From Octopus bimaculoides (taxonomy: Eukaryota), in NCBI RefSeq assembly GCF_001194135.2, contig NC_068981.1, forward strand, positions 41,208,785-41,253,698: a DNA stretch of 44,914 bases. Direction: 5' to 3'. The notes under the pieces were generated by a model. The model had not been told where the DNA came from. It saw only the letters and a list, made by a program, of their open reading frames with translations, and searched no databases. Of this stretch, positions 36,151 to 44,914 are shown in pieces. The first letter of the stretch is position 1, and every line of letters starts with the position of its first letter. The position numbers and the translations under genes are program-made.

Positions 36151-36896
36151 ATGAAAAATTGGGGGTAAAATGATGCTGATGACAACAGGCTTCCATACAG
36201 TTTCTATCAGTCAAATTCCACTTGTTATTGGTCAACCTTAGGCTATGGTATCAGATATTAGTTCATAGTGCTTCACAGTGAGATTTAACCAAGAATTGTC
36301 TCTTGACCACATACTACAACAAATTTAATAATTTAAAAAATAATAGATGCTTTCAGATAAAAATGAAACAATATAATAACTTTTGTAGACATTCATAGAT
36401 ATATTGTTGATTTCAATATAATATAACAAATAAATAAATAAATAAATAAGACAAAAGATATATCACAATAAACATAAATATCATTCAACAATAATATAAA
36501 TAAATATATACATATTTTACCAAGAACATGTTTTCCAATATTATTGGATGCATTAATTATTGCAAAATATTAGCAATATGTCATAGATGGTACTCATCCA
36601 TGGTGATATTACTGTCAGTTTCTATAAAACTATTATAGCAAGTTCTCAACTTTTCCTTTATAGTCACATATGTTGAAAAACTCATGAGGCGCACAACAAA
36701 TACTCTACTGTAGAAGTTAGTGTTAACATATTTAACACAGTAAAACTAACTTCTTTAATGCACAGAACATTAAAACTTTGACTAGAAATAATTATGGCAT
36801 GAGGGGGCAAAATATAATATTTGTCACTGATAATATTTTCATTTCTTTTGGCAAGTATGGTAGTGAACTCTGCACATATTTTAGCCTTATTATTAC

Positions 36897-36960
36897 CTCA
36901 TCAATAATGCAAAAGATCATAGTTTGGTTGGCTAGAGAATAATTCAGAGATGTTATTTGC
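36897..36960 (-). CDS. Candidate internal exon of the - strand gene
   Basis: agtttttcag|G CAA...GAG|gtaata, 64 nt, open only in phase 2 to 0: QITSLNYSLANQTMIFCIIDE. Confidence 0.3.
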
Positions 36961-39900
36961 CTGAAAAACTTATCTTAACATGTTATGATAGTTAAGTTAA
37001 TATTAACATGTTATGATAAGTTAATATTTACATGTCAGAGCAAGGACCCTAAAAGTACAACTGGAAATAATTACACAGTGAAGAGAAAACAATATCAGCC
37101 AAGGACCAATAATGTTTTTGTTTCTTTCCAACATACTGTGATTTACTGAGGGGTCATACATATGAAATATGTCTACATTAATTTCCTGTACTCATGAAAA
37201 AAAAAAAGTGAAAATAATGCTTGTGTCATATCTGCAATGGTAGTCTCTCTTCAATAATGAATGTTTTAAAAACATATTGAGAAGAAAAATAACATTCAAT
37301 TGGTAAACTCTCATTCCTGTTGCACCATTAGTAACTTTTACTTTAATGTGTTTGCTCTAAATTTGTATGCATCATATTGCTTTTCAAATCTTCACACTAC
37401 ATTCACATTTATCTTCCTTGCTATATACATCATATCTCACCATCATGTCTCTCCACATTGAAAACTACAAATAAATTTTCCTGATAAAAATTGCATTACT
37501 CAAGAACACTCTCTCCTTGCCATTAGATTTATACCTACCCATTTCTAATCCCAAAGATATCAACTTTAATATTAAACGCTCTGCTAACCTGGATGAATTT
37601 TGAAGCAGCAAAGTTACCATAGAATCACTGTTCAGTAAAATCATTAAAAGGCTAAAGTTTAAAGTCTAAAATGTTCAGTTGCATACAGCTAAGGAGGATA
37701 TACAAAAATATTGTTCAAAGCTTAAAATACTGTAAGTGACCATAGAAAAGTAACTTGAAACTTCTTTGTAGATTTATAGAATATTTTAAATGGTGCAGCC
37801 ATACAGAATAAGGAGTGGTAGTGAAACAAAGAGTTAAATCATCCATTACAGGAAAAATTTGTGGGGGTGGGGGTGGGGGGTAAATATTGGGGATTCAGGC
37901 TGGAATTGCAGAGATGAACAACAATCAGCAAGTTTTAGTATAGAGTGATAAAATGATAAGGCCAAGGGGTGAAGAGTAGGTGTAGATAGCACACATCTGA
38001 GATTACCAAATAGCCAACATAATGCCCATGCTAGAAAGATACATAGTAGGTAGAATAGACTGGCTAAATATCTGAAGGAAGTTGTTAATAAAATGGTAAT
38101 TTTTCAAATTGTTAACTTCAGCTTTGGAGATGAAAAATGTTTAACATTTACATCTACACACATTTCAATCAGTTTGATGTCTGGTCATCATCAGATATCT
38201 CATTCCTGGATGTGTACATAGTACCAAACTAAATTCAAAATAGGAAGTTTATTTCTAACCAAAGGACAATAATGTTTTTATCAACTTGGACAGTGAAATA
38301 AAGGTTCCCAGTTTGAATCTAGCCTAGTACTATGTACATAACCAGAAATAAAACACTTGATAATGATGATAAATCAAATTATTTGAAACAAAGTGTAAAT
38401 GTAAATATTAAAGCAATGTTGATCTCAAATTATGAGGTTAATAATAAAAACCAATTACAATTATTTTTAAATATCAAATCTTATGTATAATCAGATTAAC
38501 CATGAAGAAGATAACACACTAGAAGAGATAGATTGGTAGATATGAAAACATATTAGAACACTCAAAGAATGGGTTGAGAGCTTGGGTTCTGGTCTGGAAG
38601 AATGAAGTCATTTATTAGACTTTTTCATAGCTGTAGCAATTAGTAACAGAAAAGTTTTGGCTTCAAATAATGTAAGACTAAATGAAATAGTATGGTAATG
38701 ATAACAGGTAATGGCAACAGCAATGAAAAGAGATTACTAATGTTGACCATAATAATTCTTACCACTATAGGCACTAGGCTTGAAATTTGGGGGTAGCGGG
38801 TTAGTCAATTTTATTGACCCTAGTATTTTACCGGTACTTATTTTAGAGACCCTGAAAGGATGAAAGATCAAGTCAACCTTAGAATGTAAAGACGATGTGG
38901 TAACAATATTGATGACTATAATAATGATTTCTAACATAGGCAAATGCCCAGAAATTTGAAGGGATAATACAATCAATTAGATCAACCTCAGGACTTGTAA
39001 TTATTTTATCAATACTAGAAAGATGAAAAGCAGAGTTGACCAGTGGGGGTTTGAATTCAGAACTTAATGAGACCTAACTAAATACTGGATGATGATATGA
39101 ACCAACTGTAGAGACATCAGTGACTAAGGAACATCAGGTTGGAAGCAAAGATGGAGGACCTGATAAATTATCTGATGCTAGCTTTATTGATTTTAACAGT
39201 GGTTAACAAAAAAATGTATAATTTAGATGCAGGATTACTGATTCCCCAAATCAAGACTTCAAATCCTGCTATAGTCATTTTCTAGAGCCAAACATTGGAT
39301 TTCTCTTCTCCCTACAGAATACAATCTTATCCAAATACATTAACTTTACTGTTTATTTCCTACCAATGCATTTCATCACTCAGTTTTTTCACACGTTTAT
39401 TTATAGTGTTTGATATGTTAATCCTTCAGTTCTCTCCCAATGATTAAACTAGGTTTGCACCAAGACATCCCAAGTAAATTATTGGGCAAGTGGGACTGAA
39501 CTCTGCTATCTTAGAGGAACAACAAAGTATGCTTACTACTTTCCCTTGCTAAAAGGGCCATTCAGAATTATCAATACCAATATGGTTTTATAACTGTTTC
39601 TTTCTCCATACTGGCATAGGTAAATGAGTTTCACATTGTTTTGCTAACTGTCAGTCTCTTTGGCATGATTTTTAAGACTTGATGTCCTCCATATCCCCAG
39701 CCACTTTATAGCATGGATTGGGTGCATTTCATTGTACTCCTAACAGAAGACAGACTGCCTGTAGTAAGATTAAAGTGGCTTATTTAGCCTGCATTAGTCT
39801 TTATTCAAAGTTACTATTCTCCTAAACAAGTTACTTTTGCTAAGTTGAACTTTTTAATATGATTTTTTACAGTTGGATGCCCTTCAAAATTGTAATCATT

Positions 39901-40677
39901 TGGTTGCTAGTGCTGTAAGGCTAGACATATTAATCAATTTCAATACAGCCTAATACTGGAACTTCCCATGTGATCACAAGAATTTCATTATCTACATCAA
40001 AACTGATATAAGAAATCTGCATCCCAGCAAAAAAGCTCTTCTACCTCACATTTCTAAACCATATATACTCATGCACTAGTTGGGTTAAAATAATGCTTTC
40101 CACAAATCATTAAAATAAAGTTATATGAACTGAAAGAAGATACTTATTTGTCTTTAGTATTAATCAATTATGTGCTGTAAGCAGCTAACCCATACCATTT
40201 CAGATTATGAAAGCAAGCCATTTTCTATCAACCTATTTCAAACTTCAGTATTAGACTGCAACATTTGATTTATAACAAGGCAGTTTGCTACCAAGAAAAC
40301 CTAAATTTATAAATATCCAGCTAAAAATGTTCATAATTGAACAACAAATACAAATACATTTTTCTATAAGTCTAATATAATTAAGCCAAAGAGATAACTG
40401 TGAAAAGTTCTTTGAAATTTTAAAAGTTTCCCTTCAATAAAAAAAAAAAAAATAATTAAAAAAAATGAGGAGTACTTATCAAACATACAACGTAAAATCT
40501 AACAAATTATAGACTTTGCCGCAATTGAAGAACTATATTAAATAGTGCCAAAACAGTAAAAGTCTGCAAGAAGAAAAAATTTTTTTATAAAAGCAGTTAC
40601 TTGGATTTCTACTAGACAATCACACCATATTAGTCATGCACACATTGAGCCACCGACATGCAGTTAGAGAAGTATAC

Positions 40678-40713
40678 CTATGAAATGTGTTGAAGGAGTC
40701 TGCTGTTAAGGTC
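40678..40713 (-). CDS. Candidate 36-nt exon of the - strand gene
   Basis: tttcatttttaacag|...CATAG|gtatac; phase 2-2, TLTADSFNTFHR. Confidence 0.3.
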   Translation of the reverse strand, partial: DLNSRLLQHIS

Positions 40714-40812
40714 CTGTTAAAAATGAAACAACCTTTTAGCAAATATCAGCAAACAAAATATATATTCAAAATATTAACAGACACACACAAATGTGTGTGT
40801 GTGTGTGTGCAC

Positions 40813-40881
<69 letters not shown>

Positions 40882-40891
40882 TAGATTATAT

Positions 40892-40932
<41 letters not shown>

Positions 40933-41510
40933 CATACAGACATACACACATGCATACATGCATACATACATATATGTATATAACTTTTGTCTATTATATG
41001 GCATAAAGACATAATAACCACTCAATACACTGCAAGAAGTCTGTAAAGTTTGATATATGCTTGTCATATTTAAAATAAACAAGATAAACTATCTGAATCA
41101 AGGTTTTGTTTAATTGGCTTTCTGGCTGATTGTACTGATATCGTACTCATCAGTGGCTTGAGAACAGTCAGTTAAAATGTCAATTTAATGAAGGCTTTAG
41201 GCCTGAATATGTAAAGTTATTTAGCTTACATATGACAAACATATATATCATTAACAGTTTAAAACATTACCCTGAAGAGTGTGATATCAGTATGAAATCA
41301 AATGATTCATATCAATGCAAGAAAAGTCAAGCAAAGTTCCCTAAAAAAATAATGTATATACCAATGTAAATAATTGTAAAGGTAATACTCATACATTGGT
41401 TTTGAGTATTTTGAATGCAATATTTTATATATGAACATAAAGATGAGGCAAAGCAAGATAAACTTTCAATATTACATTTAAAAAAAATATATATTTGGCT
41501 AAGTACTAAC

Positions 41511-41536
41511 CCAGGATAAGTAGGATATACTGCTGG
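41511..41536 (-). CDS. Candidate 26-nt micro-exon
   Basis: gatttcgttgtag|CCAGCAGTATATCCTACTTATCCTGG|gttagt; PAVYPTYPG in phase 0 to 2. Confidence 0.25.
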
Positions 41537-43073
41537 CTACAACGAAATCAGTTAATCAAGTACCATCATGAAATATGTACTCCAAACAAATTGATATCAT
41601 TAAAATCAGGAATGCTCTGAGTTTAGGCCACTGTAAAGTATTAAATTATTCTGCTGTCATCTACAGATGCAATGTTTCAATATAGAAAAAATTTTAAGTA
41701 TTTGTTCCAATGTTTAGGGGCAGATATTTTTAAAGCAATATTTAAAACTACTGATCAACTCCTTGGTTAGACATCTTTACCAAAATTATCATTGAGACGT
41801 AACTTCTGTTTTTAAATGAAAAATATTAAGGTTGTTCTTCCTTTTTTTTTTAATATGTGTATAGAAAAGTGGTGAAAATATTGGTGGGGGTCATGATATG
41901 AACATTCTATTCTTGACCCATTCATGTGACCAATTCTGAGAGAGAGAAAGAGAAGATTAACTCTAATACTTGACTGGGCCTTTATCAACCCTGAAAAGGA
42001 TGAAAGGCAAAGTTAGCCCCAGTGGAATTTGAGCTCAGAGCATAGAGTGCCAGAATAAATACCATAAATCATTTTGTTTGCTGTTCTAATAACTCTGGAA
42101 GAATAGCATGCGATTCCAGTAATTTTGATTCTTTGTATCTTTCCATTCTGCTAACCATCATTATATAATAAACTTTAATTAATCATTTTATAACTACCAT
42201 TACCCATGCTGTCCTTTTCACAGTATTACTATACAATTTCAGATATTAGCTTCTTTTTAAGCTTAATATATAATGTTGAGGATTCTTTAATAGCCATATT
42301 AGACTTCCCAGCCTGTCATCATCAATGATATCAGTGGCAATGGTGGTCTTGGTAAAAATGTCAATAGAAGTAATAGTTAGATTTATGATGATTGTAAAAC
42401 TAGCTCCTCATTCCACAGAGAGAAGTTTGAAAATACATCTGAAGAACTTCCTAGTTCTAAGAATGTCCTAAATTAGTATTTCTGGGTAGCAGTTAACAAA
42501 ATAAGTTTCATTTTAATTAGATACACTCTTCAAGGTATTGGATTAGAATAATTCTTACAACAAAAGTCAAACTTTGTTATCAAGAAACTCTTTTGTAACA
42601 GTAGTTCAGATTTGATGTATGTAACACTTGCCACAGACCTTATCATACACAGCTAAGTCTTATCAGATTTGAGAGGCTCTAATTTCAAAAGGTGAGTAGT
42701 TTGATATTCCATTAATGAATTATTTATACTTTAATACGTGATTACACAATCAGATAATCTGGAGCAAGGAGATATTCATTGATTTTGCTAAAGAGGTTGT
42801 GCAATGTTATTGTGTTGTTACTGAAATTTCGGCTGATTTTTTTTTTTCATCTTTAGCCAGATCTTTCAGTCAGTCAACTCTGATCTACAAGATGAAATTG
42901 AGCGACTGCACAATATAAAGTATACTAGAAATAAAGAAGGACAATAAAGCTTATAATGTTCCTTCTTTTACTGCAATCTGTCACTGAGACCAGCAAAGTA
43001 TTTTCACCTCCTGAGATGATTAGAATAAAGCATAAAGACTATTGGCCCTGCTGTTTACAGCAGTAAACTGTAC

Positions 43074-43096
43074 CTCCTCATGATACTTGTATACAA
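43074..43096 (-). CDS. Candidate 23-nt micro-exon
   Basis: ccatttag|TTGTATACAAGTATCATGAGGAG|gtacag; VYKYHEE in phase 1 to 0. Confidence 0.2.
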
Positions 43097-43379
43097 CTAA
43101 ATGGATTAACAATCATGAGCTAAGTGCTTAACACAATGAAGCACGAGGGACAGTTAATTATTCAACTGATAGTCATCATGTTACTTAGTCAACTGTGTTT
43201 CTCCTATATTTGATAGATTAACACTTTACTCCTGGGGTTTTTCTTACTAGCTGGTAACCAAAGAGAAAAATGTATTTTTCTCTATCTTTATTCTCATACA
43301 AAAGGCAAGAGCTAAAAAAGTCATTCTTCACAACAACTGATGTTGTCAAACTCTCCTATGGGTTAATTGTTGTTCATAC

Positions 43380-43526
43380 AATCCGTCACCAGTTTTTTCA
43401 GATCCTGGATTTCTTTAATAATAGTGAAATCATAATTAACAGTAATCTTTATACCAAACTTAAAAAGCTGTATAACTACTTTTAGTGATGCTTTAAGATG
43501 GTCCCTATGGTCATTACACATCATCA
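43380..43526 (-). CDS. Candidate internal exon of the - strand gene
   Basis: ttttcatccttttaaag|TG...T|gtatga, 147 nt, phase 1-1, fully open: MMCNDHRDHLKASLKVVIQLFKFGIKITVNYDFTIIKEIQDLKKLVTD. Confidence 0.4.
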
Positions 43527-43949
43527 CTTTAAAAGGATGAAAATTTTATCTTGTGGGATTAGTGCTTATTTTTTTACATCAAATGTGAACCAATCTTGTG
43601 AATAAAGAATAAAATTCATGTCACTACAGTCAGTAAAAACAATTTGGGGAATATTTGATTAGATTTGAATGAACAAAATTTAGCCAACAATAAGAAACAT
43701 TAAAACTTTATTTGATAACCATGCACATGGCATCACAAAGGAAAGAAAAGGAACTCTTAGATTCTAGCAAAATGCAGTTTGTTGAACCTCAAGCTGTAGC
43801 AAACAAAGAAAACCTTATACTATACATACAAGGAAAAGTTAACAGAATAATACAGAATATTTGATATCTTTAAATGGTTACACTCTATCAATGAAAGATG
43901 ATTTCCTGTTAAAAAACAAAAGAAAATACAAAATGTTTGCAGTACTCAC

Positions 43950-44025
43950 CAACAATTTGGGAAGCTGATGTGCTTGAATTTGATACTGAAGTATCGTCTT
44001 TGGAGTTTTCTAAAGCCTTTTCTTT
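43950..44025 (-). CDS. Internal exon of the unidentified - strand gene
   Basis: tgattttcag|AAA...G|gtgagt, 76 nt; KEKALENSKDDTSVSNSSTSASQIV in phase 0 to 1. Confidence 0.6.
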
Positions 44026-44714
44026 CTGAAAATCAATTTGAGTTTATATATATATATCATCATCAACATCTTTGTTTTTACTTTCGCTTTCCATACTCAC
44101 CAAACCTCACCTATTTCAAAGTAAGGTAATATTTCATCATAACCAGATATTCTTTCATGGAAGACTGGGAATGGAGGACACTGCTTGCACAATTGTGACA
44201 ACTATCATGAGATGTCAAGGCTAGGAGACAGTCACACACACACACACACATTACAAGCTTCTGTTTTCAAGCAAATCCATTCCAAAAGGCTTTGACTGGC
44301 CTGGAGGTATAGAAGAAGACACTTGCTTAAGGTGTCATACAATAGGATTGAACTCAGAATCATGTGGTTGGGAAGCAAACTTCTTACCACATAACCACAC
44401 CTGTTCCTTTATATATATNNNNNNNNNNTGAGGTGAAAGAATAAATTGTAAATCCAAAAAATAACAGCAAAAATACAAAGGATTCTGCGGTACACGTGTT
44501 TCAAGCTTTATATCAGTGTATAATTTACAATACAAAACTATCTTCAGCCGCAAAAGTATTTCTCTCCAAGGAAATTACATCACATCAGCGTTAAAGGAGG
44601 AAGAAAGGTGTGACATAAGAGGTGAAGATCCTTTCGGTATTTTGTATAGTACTGTACCTCGTATAATTCTCCATTTACACATAATTTCTTCGGTCCTCCG
44701 AAAACCGTCCATAC

Positions 44715-44816
44715 CTTGCCATGATTCAGTGTGTAGTGTTAAGTTGGTGGTTAAGAACAATACAATAAAATGACAAAACGAAACAACAATATAAAATAAA
44801 ATGGGAATATAAAATC
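44715..44816 (-). CDS. Candidate 5' exon, mostly UTR, with a start codon at 44722 (coding part 44715-44722)
   Basis: Long pyrimidine tract then ctgctcag acceptor; aatcATGGcaag|gtatgg has a Kozak-like context and a good donor. It lies in a CpG-rich zone. Confidence 0.45.
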
Positions 44817-44914
44817 CTGAGCAGAAAAGAAAAGAAAAAGAAAAAGAAATACACAGATATTCATTCAAAAAATAAAAATAAAACTTAAAATAAAAAATAA
44901 AGGGAGTCAAATCG

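Noticed and set aside
43380-43526. Resemblance of IVVMMCNDH..HL...LKVVIQL..FGIKI to the start of a SEFIR/TIR domain
   Set aside because: By-eye similarity only, and downstream motifs were not found. It needs an HMM search before any call.
1-44914. CRISPR arrays, operons or defence systems
   Set aside because: No regularly spaced repeat-spacer array. The window is intron-containing animal DNA, and the only IS-like protein is the eukaryotic Merlin family.

Overview
AT-rich, repeat-dense animal genomic DNA from a draft assembly with 7 N-gaps. The SINE and LINE families look like those of Octopus (identified from memory, not by search). There is no prokaryotic system, CRISPR array or true RNA gene. 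One gene is well supported: a + strand MARVEL-domain (CMTM/plasmolipin-like) gene with four coding exons (10476-15007, 179 aa, all introns GT-AG and phase 0). A second, unidentified multi-exon gene probably runs on the - strand from about 44.8 kb to about 27.7 kb; its exon model is tentative and two parts appear to fall in gaps. The rest is decayed transposons (Merlin, mariner, hAT, three RTE LINEs, CR1/L2-like, R4/Dong-like, Penelope-like), SINEs, MITEs and microsatellites. The most unusual object is a ~480 bp foldback element (19337-19818) with two head-to-head tRNA-like Pol III promoters, each followed by a decayed Penelope-type minimal hammerhead ribozyme motif. A near-intact hammerhead motif lies at 26857-26893, and several long inverted repeats are candidate ADAR substrates. 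All of this was read by eye; TE boundaries are approximate.
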